Below the pieces are notes generated by a model, which saw only the letters and a list, made by a program, of their open reading frames with translations, made no database searches and was not told the DNA's origin. A program made the translations under genes and the position numbers. Source: an uncultured Verrucomicrobiae bacterium (lineage in GTDB: Bacteria; Verrucomicrobiota; Verrucomicrobiia; Limisphaerales; UBA11358). From it: DNA of 64,000 bases. Below are positions 47,581 to 56,729 of this stretch, piece after piece (position 1 is the stretch's first letter; each line of letters starts with the position of its first letter). The stretch spans positions 408,659 through 472,658 of the forward strand of contig CAVRAN010000003.1 of the NCBI GenBank assembly GCA_963719075.1, given 5' to 3'.

Positions 47581-48435
47581 TTATTGCACCGCCGGAAGCA
47601 AAATGCTGAATGTCGCACCTTTTTTCGTTTCGCTTTCCGCGTGGATTTCGCCGCCGTGTTCCTGCGCGATGCGCTGGCAAATGGCGAGACCCAATCCGGT
47701 TCCGTTTTTCTTCGTTGTAAAAAATGGATCGAACAATTGTTTGAGATTTTCAGGCGCAATGCCCACGCCCGTGTCGCTAAATTGAATCCGCATACACCGT
47801 TGCCCCGGTTTTACTTCCACGATTTCCGTGCCGACCGTCAATGTGCCGTTCGTTCCCATTGCTTCGATGGCATTGAACAGGAGATTCATAAACGCCTGTT
47901 GCAATTGATATTCATCCCCGCGAACCGTATCCGGCACTGCTTGGTACCGGCGTTCGAGCGAAATCAACTTGCCATGGAGTTGATGTTCAATCAGCCGCAA
48001 CGAATGATCCAGCAGCTCATGCACGCGCACGGATTTAAATTCATTTCTGCCCGGCGTTGCAAACCGCAGCATTTGAGTGACGATCGAATCAATCCGCTTC
48101 AACTCGCGTTCAACCACTTCGGTCAATTCCTTGTCCTCGCCTTTTTTCAAAAGCAATTCAATGAAAGTGTTGATGGCGACCAGGCCGTTTTTAATTTCAT
48201 GCGCCATGCCCGCCGAAAGCATTCCGAGGCTGGCCAGCCGGTCGAGCCGCCGCAGGTTCTGTTCGGAAAGCTGCGCGGAATTCCAGGGAATGGAATCTTT
48301 CAAACCGCTGTTTTTTTCATTCGTGCCGTCCGCTGGCATATTAAAAATAAATTTTACCGCGCCTGCTTTCGACTTTTTGAACAAAGGGCATGGCAATACT
48401 AAACCGTCATCGCGTTCCGACAAACAAAAAAACAA
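47581..48435 (-). CDS. Soluble sensor histidine kinase (HisKA + HATPase_c only)
   Basis: The H-box is LGMLSAGMAHEIKNGL, the N-box is LLFNAIEAM and the G-boxes are DTGVGI and GTGLGLAICQRI. No TM or sensory domain is evident. The stop lies 5 nt from the lptD stop in convergent orientation. Confidence 0.8.
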   Translation of the reverse strand: MFFCLSERDDGLVLPCPLFKKSKAGAVKFIFNMPADGTNEKNSGLKDSIPWNSAQLSEQNLRRLDRLASLGMLSAGMAHEIKNGLVAINTFIELLLKKGEDKELTEVVERELKRIDSIVTQMLRFATPGRNEFKSVRVHELLDHSLRLIEHQLHGKLISLERRYQAVPDTVRGDEYQLQQAFMNLLFNAIEAMGTNGTLTVGTEIVEVKPGQRCMRIQFSDTGVGIAPENLKQLFDPFFTTKKNGTGLGLAICQRIAQEHGGEIHAESETKKGATFSILLPAVQ

Positions 48436-48485
48436 TCTGAATCGGCTGGCATTTGCACGCCTTGCGATTACGCTATCCTCGCCGA

Positions 48486-49685
48486 ATGGAAAAAACTTTT
48501 GACTACATCGAATCTGTAATCGCCGACACCCGCAAAGGCAAAATGGTCATCGTCGTGGACGACGCCGACCGCGAAAATGAAGGTGATTTGATTCTCGCCG
48601 CGCAGCATGTCACGCCTGCCGCCGTCAATTTCATGGCCAAGTTCGGGCGTGGTTTGATTTGCGTCGCCACAAATCCCGAACGCCTCCAGCAACTCGGCAT
48701 CGAGCGCATGGTCCGCCAGAACCGCGAAAGTTTCCGTACCGATTTTCAAGTGAGCGTGGACGCCGCGCGCGGAATCACCACCGGAATTTCCGCCGCCGAC
48801 CGCGCCAAGACGATTCAAATCATGGCCGACCCGACCGCCGTGCCGGAAGATTTGGTCCAGCCCGGCCACGTTTTTCCGCTGCGCGCGCGACCCGGCGGAG
48901 TTTTGCAACGCGCCGGCCACACCGAAGCCGCCGTGGATTTGGCCACGCTCGCCGATTGCCGTCCCATCGGCGTGCTGTGTGAAATTTTGAACGACGACGG
49001 CACGATGGCGCGCCTGCCACAGCTTTTGAAATTCGCCAAAAAGCACAAACTAAAAATCTGCACGATTGAAGATTTGATCCATTTCCGCCGCACGCGCGAA
49101 AAATTGGTCGAGCAGATTGAAGTCGTGAAGCTGCCCACAGATTACGGCGAATTTGATTTGCATTTATATCGCTCGAAGATTGACGGCCAGCATCACCTCG
49201 CGCTCGTACGCGGTGAAATTGCCGGCGCGAAAAATGTCCTCGTGCGCGTCCATAGCGAATGTCTGACTGGCGACGTCTTCGGTTCGCGCCGCTGCGATTG
49301 CGGGCCGCAACTGCATCAGGCGATGAAGCAAGTTTCAGAAGCCGGGCGCGGCGTGATTCTTTATATGCGGCAGGAAGGTCGCGGCATCGGCCTCGCACCG
49401 AAGATTCAGGCTTATAAATTGCAGGAGCAAGGGTTGGACACGGTCGAGGCGAATGAAAAACTCGGCTACGGGATGGATTTGCGCGAATACGGCCTCGGCG
49501 CGCAAATCCTCGTTGACCTCGGCCTGAAAACCATCCGGCTGCTGACGAACAATCCGAAAAAAGTCGTCGGGCTGGAAGGCTACGGCCTGAAGATCACCGA
49601 GCAGGTGCCGATCAAAATAAAATCCAATCCGCACAACGAACGGTATTTGAAAACGAAGCGCGAGAAATTGGGCCATCTTCTATGA
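48486..49685 (+). CDS. ribBA: Bifunctional 3,4-dihydroxy-2-butanone-4-phosphate synthase / GTP cyclohydrolase II
   Basis: DDADRENEGDLI is the DHBPS motif. RVHSECLTGDVFGSRRCDCGPQL is the GCH-II zinc site. The ATG at 48486 (MEKTFDYIE) is the preferred start. Confidence 0.92.
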   Translation: MEKTFDYIESVIADTRKGKMVIVVDDADRENEGDLILAAQHVTPAAVNFMAKFGRGLICVATNPERLQQLGIERMVRQNRESFRTDFQVSVDAARGITTGISAADRAKTIQIMADPTAVPEDLVQPGHVFPLRARPGGVLQRAGHTEAAVDLATLADCRPIGVLCEILNDDGTMARLPQLLKFAKKHKLKICTIEDLIHFRRTREKLVEQIEVVKLPTDYGEFDLHLYRSKIDGQHHLALVRGEIAGAKNVLVRVHSECLTGDVFGSRRCDCGPQLHQAMKQVSEAGRGVILYMRQEGRGIGLAPKIQAYKLQEQGLDTVEANEKLGYGMDLREYGLGAQILVDLGLKTIRLLTNNPKKVVGLEGYGLKITEQVPIKIKSNPHNERYLKTKREKLGHLL

Positions 49686-50074
49686 ACTTAAATCAGCATA
49701 ATAAATTTGTAAGGTTTATTTTGCGAACGATAGATGTTTTGGTTTCTTTTCGATCTGGGCGGATTGTTCGTTGGGACGAAGAACCGTTTCAGAAATCAAG
49801 TGAAGCACAAAAGCGTGTCGGTGGATTATTTATGGCGCTTTTCCCGATTTGTTTTTTGATTTTTCTAAAGAATGCCAAGCTTGTTGATTCTTGGGTGGAT
49901 TCAATACTGCGTAGTTCTGTTGCGTGGCTTTATCTTGGTTTTATCGGTGGAGTTTGTCTTGCTCTTCTTATCGCTTTCAAGGTTGCGCCGAAAATACCAT
50001 TGATTGTTTCAGTTCCAATTGCTTTTGTGGCTTGGCCGGTCTTTCTATGGTTTGCTTGGACGCGTCCATTTTGA
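49682..50074 (+). CDS. Hypothetical membrane protein (AT-rich orphan)
   Basis: 130 aa with 3 hydrophobic helices. The ATG overlaps the ribBA stop (ATGA). Confidence 0.4.
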   Translation: MNLNQHNKFVRFILRTIDVLVSFRSGRIVRWDEEPFQKSSEAQKRVGGLFMALFPICFLIFLKNAKLVDSWVDSILRSSVAWLYLGFIGGVCLALLIAFKVAPKIPLIVSVPIAFVAWPVFLWFAWTRPF

Positions 50075-50077
50075 ATC

Positions 50078-50152
50078 ATGTTAAAACCCATCAAAACCAA
50101 AACGGCACGCGCCAGCGGCGGCACATTCGCCATCGTCGCGTCGCGCACTTGA
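50078..50152 (+). pseudogene. ribH 5' fragment, copy A
   Basis: MLKPIKTKTARASGGTFAIVASRT* compares with intact RibH MLKTVSKLKLKTGGGTFAIVASRYNAEF. The core CGGCGGCACnTTCGCCATCGTCGCsTCGCGC lies at 50116-50146. Confidence 0.65.
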
Positions 50153-50183
50153 CGGCAGTCCAAAAACAGTCCATTTTTAGACC

Positions 50184-50456
50184 ATGAAAGTTTTAAGCGT
50201 CAGCAACGCCAAATCCAAACTTGGCCGCGTGATTGACCGGGTCATCAAAACGCGCGAGCCGGTTGTCATCCCGCGCGGCGTCAATCATGTGATGATCGCG
50301 CCGTATCACCTGCCCACGCCGGATGAAATGGAACTGGCGCGCATTGGCCGGGAAATGGATCAAGGCCGCGAACCTGTCGAGGAAAATGATGAATTGACGG
50401 AAGCGATCCAGTCGGAAATCCGCAAATATCGCGCTGAAAAACGCCGCCGCAAATGA
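50184..50456 (+). CDS. Phd/YefM-type antitoxin
   Basis: 90 aa. MKVLSVSNAKSKLGRVIDRVIKTREPVVIPRG.. fits the family. There is a 4-nt overlap with the PIN toxin gene. Confidence 0.75.
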   Translation: MKVLSVSNAKSKLGRVIDRVIKTREPVVIPRGVNHVMIAPYHLPTPDEMELARIGREMDQGREPVEENDELTEAIQSEIRKYRAEKRRRK

Positions 50457-50866
50457 CGGTTGTTTTTGACACGAATGTTTTCGTTTCCGCCGCCGCTTCG
50501 CGGAAAGGTTCTTCGTGGCAGTGCTTTGTGTTGCTGGCAAGACGGGAATTCCAACTGGCCGTCACAAAAGAAATTCTGGACGAATACGAAACCATCGCCG
50601 AACGCTTTTCGCGCAAACCCGGAAAACATTGCGGAATGAAATGGCGTCCGATCTTTCATTGGTTGCAGGACAGCGCAGGATTTTATGAACCCGCGCCGCT
50701 GGGCAAACAGCGCAGCCGCGATGCGGACGATGATATTTTTCTGGCTTGCGCGCTGGCAGGCGGCGCAAAAATAATCGTTTCAAAAGACAACGACTTGCTC
50801 GACTTGGGGAAACCGTTCGGCGTCGAGATTTTGAAGCCAGCGACTTTTGTCGCGCGTTTCAAATAA
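50453..50866 (+). CDS. PIN-domain toxin (TA-system PIN family)
   Basis: VVFDTNVFVSAA.. and ..DDDIFLACALAGGAKIIVSKDNDLLDL carry the acidic PIN residues. Confidence 0.85.
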   Translation: MTVVFDTNVFVSAAASRKGSSWQCFVLLARREFQLAVTKEILDEYETIAERFSRKPGKHCGMKWRPIFHWLQDSAGFYEPAPLGKQRSRDADDDIFLACALAGGAKIIVSKDNDLLDLGKPFGVEILKPATFVARFK

Positions 50867-50893
50867 ATTCCATTTAATCTGCAATTGAAAATT

Positions 50894-50989
50894 GTGTTGC
50901 GCAAAAATCCAAAACTGAAATTGAAGTCCGGCGGCGGCACGTTCGCCATCGTCGCGTCGCGCTTTTGTCTTGAAACCAGAAGCGCGTAG
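50894..50989 (+). pseudogene. ribH 5' fragment, copy B
   Basis: (V)LRKNPKLKLKSGGGTFAIVASRFCLETRSA*. The core lies at 50932-50962, and the upstream KLKLK codons also resemble intact ribH. Confidence 0.65.
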
Positions 50990-50997
50990 CGTATAAT
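50970..50997 (+). promoter_or_regulatory. Near-consensus sigma-70 promoter for TA cassette 2 (predicts a leaderless or near-leaderless mRNA)
   Basis: TTGAAA (50970-50975), a 16-nt spacer, then TATAAT (50992-50997). The antitoxin ATG lies at 51004, only 6 nt after the -10 box. Confidence 0.5.
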
Positions 50998-51003
50998 GAG
51001 CGT

Positions 51004-51276
51004 ATGAAGACTTTAACAATTACGGAAGGGCGCGGGCGGTTGGGACATTGGCTCAAAAAAGCGACCGAAGGTGAAGACGTGGGTTTTGTTTTTGAAGGAA
51101 AGATTGTCGCGCTGCGTCCGGTGGAAGTTTATTCCGGTGACTACGCCTTGCAGGAATACGGACTGACGCCAAAGGAAATGGCCAAGGCGGAGCAGCGCAT
51201 CCGCGCGGAGATAAAGGCTGCTCGCAAACGCGGTGAAGTCACCAAGTTCACGGGGAGTCTCAATGATTTCCGTTGA
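51004..51276 (+). CDS. Phd/YefM-like antitoxin
   Basis: 90 aa. MKTLTITEGRGRLGHWLKKATEGEDVGFVFEGKIVALRPVEV.. fits the family. It overlaps the downstream toxin ORF. Confidence 0.6.
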   Translation: MKTLTITEGRGRLGHWLKKATEGEDVGFVFEGKIVALRPVEVYSGDYALQEYGLTPKEMAKAEQRIRAEIKAARKRGEVTKFTGSLNDFR

Positions 51277-51538
51277 ACTGACGAAACGATTCAAGAAAAT
51301 CGTGCGTGAAGCCAAACGCGAAGCAGAAGTTTCCGCGACGCTCAAATTGGTGGTTGAAGGTTTTGGAAAGCCGCATCTTCATTCCGGCCTGTCCATCCGC
51401 AAGCTGGGCAAACGGCTTTACGAGTGCCGCACCAACTTGGCCTGGCGACTGGTTTTCGAGGCGAACAAAAGTGTTTTGCTTTTCGATTTTGCGGGTGACC
51501 ATGACGAAGTGCGGAATTATCTGCGCGGCAAACGCTGA
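51263..51538 (+). CDS. RelE/ParE-superfamily toxin (tentative)
   Basis: From the ATG at 51263 the product is MISVELTKRFKKIV..HLHSGLSIRKLGKRLYECRTNLAWRLVFEANKSVLLFDFAGDHDEVRNYL. This fits the RelE/ParE-like pattern (..KL.g...E.R....wR..F......l....G.H.ev..yl). Confidence 0.55.
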   Translation: MISVELTKRFKKIVREAKREAEVSATLKLVVEGFGKPHLHSGLSIRKLGKRLYECRTNLAWRLVFEANKSVLLFDFAGDHDEVRNYLRGKR

Positions 51539-51547
51539 AATTTTCCG

Positions 51548-52012
51548 ATGCTAAAAACAGTTTCAAAATTAAAATTGAAAACCGGCGGCGGCACCTTCGC
51601 CATCGTCGCCTCGCGCTACAACGCGGAGTTTGTGGACGCGATGCTGCACGCGGCGCGCGAGGAATTGCTGCGCGCCCGGGCGCACGTCCGCATCGTGCGC
51701 GTGCCGGGCGCGTTTGAGATTCCGGCGACGGCGGCGCGGCTGGCGCAACCGAAACGTTACGCGGCCATCATCTGCCTCGGCGTCATTTTTCAGGGCGAGA
51801 CGAGCCACGCGCAGCACATCGGCTGGGGCGTGACGCACGCGCTGGCGCAAATCCAGGTGCTGCAAAAAATCCCCGTCATCCACGGCGTGTTCGTTTTTGA
51901 AAAAGTGAAGCACGCGAAGGTTCGCTGCCTCGGCAAGAAACACAATCGCGGCACGGAAGCGGCGCAGACGGCTTTGGAAATGGCGCGGGTGATGAGAAAT
52001 TTGCGCAGTTGA
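51548..52012 (+). CDS. ribH: 6,7-dimethyl-8-ribityllumazine synthase
   Basis: 154 aa. FAIVASRYNAEFVDAML..VPGAFEIP..ICLGVIFQGETSHAQHI is the canonical RibH pattern. Confidence 0.92.
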   Translation: MLKTVSKLKLKTGGGTFAIVASRYNAEFVDAMLHAAREELLRARAHVRIVRVPGAFEIPATAARLAQPKRYAAIICLGVIFQGETSHAQHIGWGVTHALAQIQVLQKIPVIHGVFVFEKVKHAKVRCLGKKHNRGTEAAQTALEMARVMRNLRS

Positions 52013-52094
52013 AAAGCGGCAAGCCCAAGGCAAGCAACTTTTCGGCAAACGCTTGTGAAATTTTTCACAAAAAACTTGTCGCCTCTTTAATCGG

Positions 52095-52817
52095 ATGTTA
52101 AGCTTCGCGTGCATGATGAAAGTTTCTTCGGTTTTTCTTTTTGCCGCTGCGCTGTTTATCGCGCCGGTTTTACGCGCGGCGGACATTGTGGGTGTCATCA
52201 CCCTCAAAGGCACGCCGCCGGCGGAAAAGGAAATCACACCGCTGGAGGACGACCCGACTTGCGGCCCGCTGCAGACGGAAAAGCCCACAACGCATTTTTA
52301 TGTCGTCGGACCAAATGGTGAATTGGCCGACGTGGTTGTTTCGCTCAAAGGTGTCACTGGCAAGTCCACCGGTGCCAGCGCACCGCCCGCCCTGCTTGAT
52401 CAGAAAGGCTGCCTTTACGTGCCGACGATTTTGGCGGTGCAAACGGGACAAAAGATCACCGTTAAAAATTCCGACCCTTGCATTCATAACGTCCATACCA
52501 CTCCGACGGTGGCCGGCAATCAGGAATTTAACGACGCACAGATGCCCGGCGGGGCGGATTTGACCTACACCTTTCCGCAGCCGGAGATGTTCCTGCGATT
52601 CAAATGCGATGTGCATCCGTGGATGTTTGCGTGGGTGAGCGTGATTGACAGCCCCTATTTCTGCGTCAGCGACAAGGACGGCAAATTCGTCATCAAAAAC
52701 GTGCCGCCCGGCAAATACACTGTCGAGGCCGACCATCGCAAACTCGGCGCGCAAACGCAGGATGTCGAAGTTGCGGACAAAGACGTGACCGTTAATTTTA
52801 CTTTTGAGGTGAAATAA
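52095..52817 (+). CDS. Secreted amicyanin-like cupredoxin fused to a CarboxypepD_reg-like domain
   Basis: It has a signal peptide. The type-1 Cu ligand pattern is IHNVH ... CDVHPWM (amicyanin-type CxxHPxM). The C-terminus GKFVIKNVPPGKYTVEA is a regulatory-like beta-sandwich. Confidence 0.7.
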   Translation: MLSFACMMKVSSVFLFAAALFIAPVLRAADIVGVITLKGTPPAEKEITPLEDDPTCGPLQTEKPTTHFYVVGPNGELADVVVSLKGVTGKSTGASAPPALLDQKGCLYVPTILAVQTGQKITVKNSDPCIHNVHTTPTVAGNQEFNDAQMPGGADLTYTFPQPEMFLRFKCDVHPWMFAWVSVIDSPYFCVSDKDGKFVIKNVPPGKYTVEADHRKLGAQTQDVEVADKDVTVNFTFEVK

Positions 52818-52881
52818 ATTGTAGCGTCGGCGCCGTGTGCCGATCGAGTCGGGCACAAGCCCGGCACATTTGCAATTCTGA

Positions 52882-53940
52882 ATGAACGCAAACACGCCGA
52901 TAGAAACCAATCGTCCGTTGCACTGCTTCGCCGTGCTGACGGCGGTCGCCACGTTTTTGCTGCTCGGTGCCGGCGGGCTTGTGACCAGCCATGAAGCCGG
53001 AATGTCCGTGCCCGACTGGCCGAACAGTTACGGTTACAACATGTTTCTGTTCCCGCCGTCAAAATGGATCGGCGGAATTTTTTACGAACACACGCACCGG
53101 CTTTTGGCTTCGGTCGTTGGTCTGATGACGACAATTCTTGCCGTCTGGCTTTGGCGAAAAGATTCGCGCAAATGGATGCACCGGCTTGGCGTGGCCACGT
53201 TTCTGCTCGTCGTCGCGCAAGGCGTTCTGGGCGGCCTGCGCGTGACATTGCACATGGACAACTTGGGAATTTTCCACGGCATCATTGCTCAACTGTTTTT
53301 TGTTTTGACCTGCGCGATAGCATTGTTCACAAGCCAGTTTTGGGTTGAACTGGTGGCGAAGCGAAAAACTTTTTCCGTTCCGTGCAACTTGCGAACACTT
53401 GTACTGGCGACAACCTTCCTGATTTTCCTGCAATTGATTCTCGGCGCAACGATGCGGCATCAGCACGCGGGTTTGGCCATTTCCGATTTCCCGCTCGCGC
53501 ATGGAAAAGCGTGGCCGGACACGAGCGCCGACGCTGTCGCGCGCTACAACGCCGAGCGCGTGGACGTCATTTCTGAAAATCCCATCACCGCGTTTCAAAT
53601 CATATTGCAAATGATTCATCGCCTCGTTGCGCTGGCGATTCTCATTTTTGTCGCGGTGTGCGCGTGGCAGGCGTGGCGGCAGCTCGGCAAAAAAGATTTG
53701 CTCGCAAAATTCGCGCTGTTCTGGCTCGCGCTGATCGTTTTACAAATTGGACTTGGCGTTGGAACCATTTTGTCAAACAAGGCTGCCGACATCGCGACGG
53801 CGCACGTGCTCGTAGGCGCACTTTCGCTCGTGACAGGCGCGCTCTGGTGCATTATTGCTTTTGGCCGTTCGGCGAAAATGCCGGGCACGGAAACCGCGCT
53901 TTTCGGCGTGTTTGGAACTTTTGCCGTAAATAAACAATGA
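52882..53940 (+). CDS. ctaA: Heme A synthase (COX15/CtaA)
   Basis: 352 aa with 8 TM helices. Motifs include GGLVTSHEAGMSVPDWP and YEHTHRLLA. Confidence 0.9.
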   Translation: MNANTPIETNRPLHCFAVLTAVATFLLLGAGGLVTSHEAGMSVPDWPNSYGYNMFLFPPSKWIGGIFYEHTHRLLASVVGLMTTILAVWLWRKDSRKWMHRLGVATFLLVVAQGVLGGLRVTLHMDNLGIFHGIIAQLFFVLTCAIALFTSQFWVELVAKRKTFSVPCNLRTLVLATTFLIFLQLILGATMRHQHAGLAISDFPLAHGKAWPDTSADAVARYNAERVDVISENPITAFQIILQMIHRLVALAILIFVAVCAWQAWRQLGKKDLLAKFALFWLALIVLQIGLGVGTILSNKAADIATAHVLVGALSLVTGALWCIIAFGRSAKMPGTETALFGVFGTFAVNKQ

Positions 53941-54839
53941 AAGAAATCTCTGCAGAAATTTTAAGCTCGGCTCCCGCTGAAAAAAGTTGGACGGCGGTTT
54001 TTGCCGACTTGGTCAAGGCGCGGCTGACAACGCTGGTTTTGCTGACGACTGCCGTCGGATTTTACATCGGCGAAATTGGTACGATAAACTGGTTTCTCTT
54101 TTTCAACACACTCGCTGCGACCGGACTTGTTGCAATGGGCGCGTCGGCGTTGAACCAGTTGCTCGAACGCGAATACGACGCAAAAATGCGCCGCACGCAG
54201 GACCGTCCGCTGCCGTCGGGACGTTTGCAGCCGACGACCGTCGCCATTTTCGGCGGAATCACTTCGGTTGCCGGTTTAATTTATTTGGCGCTCGTGGTGA
54301 ATCTCCTCACGAGCGTTCTCGGCGCGGTCACGCTCGTCAGTTATCTTTTCATTTACACGCCACTCAAGCGCGTGACGTGGTTGAACACGGCGATTGGCGC
54401 GATTCCCGGCGCGTTGCCACCGCTCATGGGCTGGACGGCGGCGCGAAATGAGTTGAGCGGCGAAGGCTGGGCGTTGTTTGCGATTTTGTTTTTCTGGCAA
54501 TTGCCGCATTTTTTCGCCATCGCGTGGATGTATCGTGACGAATATGCGAAGGCCGGTTTTAAAATGCTGCCGGGTGTTGACGCCGACGGCAGTCGCACGG
54601 CACAACAGGCCGTGAGCAACACGTTCGCGCTATTGGTCGTAAGTTTGTGTCCGTTCGTCTTTAAAATGACGGGAACAATTTATCTTGTCGGCGCGATTAT
54701 TTTTGGTGTGGGATTTTTGTGGTGTGCGATTCGATTCTCGCGGCAACTGACCTTGACGCGCGCGCGGCAATTATTTTTTGCATCCATTATTTATCTGCCG
54801 CTGTTGCTGGCATTGATGGTCTTGGACAAATTAAAATAA
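53937..54839 (+). CDS. ctaB: Protoheme IX farnesyltransferase (heme O synthase)
   Basis: UbiA-family motifs are NQLLEREYDAKMRRTQDRPLPSG and FFWQLPHFFAIAW. There is a 4-nt overlap with ctaA. Confidence 0.92.
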   Translation: MKEISAEILSSAPAEKSWTAVFADLVKARLTTLVLLTTAVGFYIGEIGTINWFLFFNTLAATGLVAMGASALNQLLEREYDAKMRRTQDRPLPSGRLQPTTVAIFGGITSVAGLIYLALVVNLLTSVLGAVTLVSYLFIYTPLKRVTWLNTAIGAIPGALPPLMGWTAARNELSGEGWALFAILFFWQLPHFFAIAWMYRDEYAKAGFKMLPGVDADGSRTAQQAVSNTFALLVVSLCPFVFKMTGTIYLVGAIIFGVGFLWCAIRFSRQLTLTRARQLFFASIIYLPLLLALMVLDKLK

Positions 54840-54840
54840 T

Positions 54841-56721
54841 ATGGAACCAATCGTCCATCAATTTCCTCAGTATCGTGAAGGCGAAGAACATCGCGGGCAC
54901 GATGAACATGCACATGAACATCACAAACCTGATTTTTGGAGCGGTTACGTTTTTTCGACCGACCACAAAATCATCGGCATCCAATACGGCTTTACCGCGC
55001 TATGTTTTCTGTTGTTCGGATTTTTCCTGATGTTGATGATGCGCTGGCAGATTGCGCATCCCGGCACGCCCGTCCCGATTGTCGGGTCGTTGTTGGCGAA
55101 AATCCTCGGACAGCCGGCGGCAAATGGCGTCATCTCGCCCGACCTTTACAATTCTCTCGGCGCGATGCATGGAACAATCATGGTTTTTTTGGGAATCGTC
55201 CCGCTTGCGTTCGCGGCGTTCGGCAATTACGTAGTGCCGCTGATGATTGGCGCGCCGGACATGGCATTTCCGCGCGTCAACATGGCCAGTTATCAAGCCT
55301 ACTTCCTCGGCGGCCTTGTCATGTTCATCAGCTTTTTCATTCCGGGCGGCGCGGCGCAGGCGGGCTGGACTTCGTATTCGCCGCTGGCGACGACGATTCC
55401 GACACACGGACAACTGTTCTGGCTCATCGGCATGGTTTTGCTCATCTCCTCTTCGTTGCTCGGCGCGATAAATTTCATCGCGACAATAATTCAACTGCGC
55501 GCGCCGGGCATGACGTGGATGCGCCTGCCGTGGTTCGTCTGGACGCAATTCGTGACGGCGTTCCTGCTGCTGCTCGCGTTTCCGCCGCTCGAAGCCGCGA
55601 GCGTCATGCAGTTGATGGACAATGTTGCCCACACGAGTTTCTTTTTGCCGACTGGTCTTGCCATTGGCGGACAATTGGCAAACGTCAGCGGTGGCGGCAG
55701 CCCCCTGCTTTGGCAGCATTTGTTCTGGTTTCTCGGCCATCCTGAAGTCTACGTTTTGATTTTGCCGGCGATGGGTATCGTCTGCGAAATCATTGCCAAC
55801 AACACGCGCAAGCCAATTTGGGGTTACAAATCGCTCGTCTATTCGATCCTCTCGATTGGTTTTTTGTCGTTCATCGTCTGGGCGCACCACATGTATCTGA
55901 CCGGCATGGGCACGAAAATCGCCACATTCTTTCAGGCGACAACGATGATTATTTCGATTCCGTCGGTTATCATTTTGACGTGCTTGTTCATGTCGCTTTG
56001 GGGCGGTTCGATTCGCTTCAACACACCAATGCTGTTTGCGCTAGCGTTTCTGCCAATGTTCGGCATCGGCGGATTGACGGGTTTGCCGCTGGGCTTCAAT
56101 GTCAGCGACGTTCACCTGCACGACACGTATTACATCATTGCGCATTTTCATTACGTCGTTGCGCCAGGAACCATTTTTGGATTGTTCGCCGGAATTTATT
56201 TTTGGTTTCCAAAAATGACGGGCCGGATGATGAATGAATTTTGGGGGCGTGTGCATTTCTGGTGCTCGCTGATTTTCATGAACGTCGTTTTCATGCCGAT
56301 GTTCGCACAGGGCATGGCGGGGATGCTGCGGCGCATGTCGGACGGCGGCGCAAATTATTCCGCCGCGGTCAACAGCCGCGCCGGCGCGGACGTCATCGGT
56401 GGCCTGAGTGATAATATCATGGCGTTGCATGTTTGGATTCTTTGGGGAGCGATAGCTCTGGGACTGGCACAAATTCCATTTATCATCAATCTATTCTGGA
56501 GCATCAAACACGGCAAAAAGATCACGAGCGACAATCCGTGGCAGTCCACCACGCTCGAATGGCAGACACCAACGCCGCCGCCGCACGGAAATTTTGACAC
56601 GCCGCCGACAATTTATCGCGGCCCTTATGAATACAGCGTACCCGGGCATGCCACCGATTTTACACCGCAAAACGAACCACCGACCGGTTCGCCGGTTCCA
56701 AAGATTTCAACCGCGCACTAA
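54841..56721 (+). CDS. ctaD: Cytochrome c oxidase subunit I
   Basis: 626 aa with GAPDMAFPRVN, WFLGHPEVYVLILP and HDTYYIIAHFHYV. Confidence 0.95.
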   Translation: MEPIVHQFPQYREGEEHRGHDEHAHEHHKPDFWSGYVFSTDHKIIGIQYGFTALCFLLFGFFLMLMMRWQIAHPGTPVPIVGSLLAKILGQPAANGVISPDLYNSLGAMHGTIMVFLGIVPLAFAAFGNYVVPLMIGAPDMAFPRVNMASYQAYFLGGLVMFISFFIPGGAAQAGWTSYSPLATTIPTHGQLFWLIGMVLLISSSLLGAINFIATIIQLRAPGMTWMRLPWFVWTQFVTAFLLLLAFPPLEAASVMQLMDNVAHTSFFLPTGLAIGGQLANVSGGGSPLLWQHLFWFLGHPEVYVLILPAMGIVCEIIANNTRKPIWGYKSLVYSILSIGFLSFIVWAHHMYLTGMGTKIATFFQATTMIISIPSVIILTCLFMSLWGGSIRFNTPMLFALAFLPMFGIGGLTGLPLGFNVSDVHLHDTYYIIAHFHYVVAPGTIFGLFAGIYFWFPKMTGRMMNEFWGRVHFWCSLIFMNVVFMPMFAQGMAGMLRRMSDGGANYSAAVNSRAGADVIGGLSDNIMALHVWILWGAIALGLAQIPFIINLFWSIKHGKKITSDNPWQSTTLEWQTPTPPPHGNFDTPPTIYRGPYEYSVPGHATDFTPQNEPPTGSPVPKISTAH

Positions 56722-56729
56722 AATTTTTC

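Noticed and set aside
48400-48485. FMN riboswitch upstream of ribBA
   Set aside because: I looked for the conserved RFN element features and found none. The spacer is short and unstructured by eye.
47584-49398. Long ORFs antisense to the histidine kinase (47584-48402 +) and to ribBA (48468-49046 -, 48820-49398 -)
   Set aside because: The sense-strand genes carry unambiguous family motifs, so these are GC-driven shadow frames.
51569-52952. 239-aa and 260-aa minus-strand ORFs
   Set aside because: They are antisense to ribH and to the cupredoxin gene.
55000-55890. 296-aa minus-strand ORF and a 269-aa alternative plus frame inside ctaD
   Set aside because: The ctaD frame is unambiguous (heme-copper oxidase motifs).
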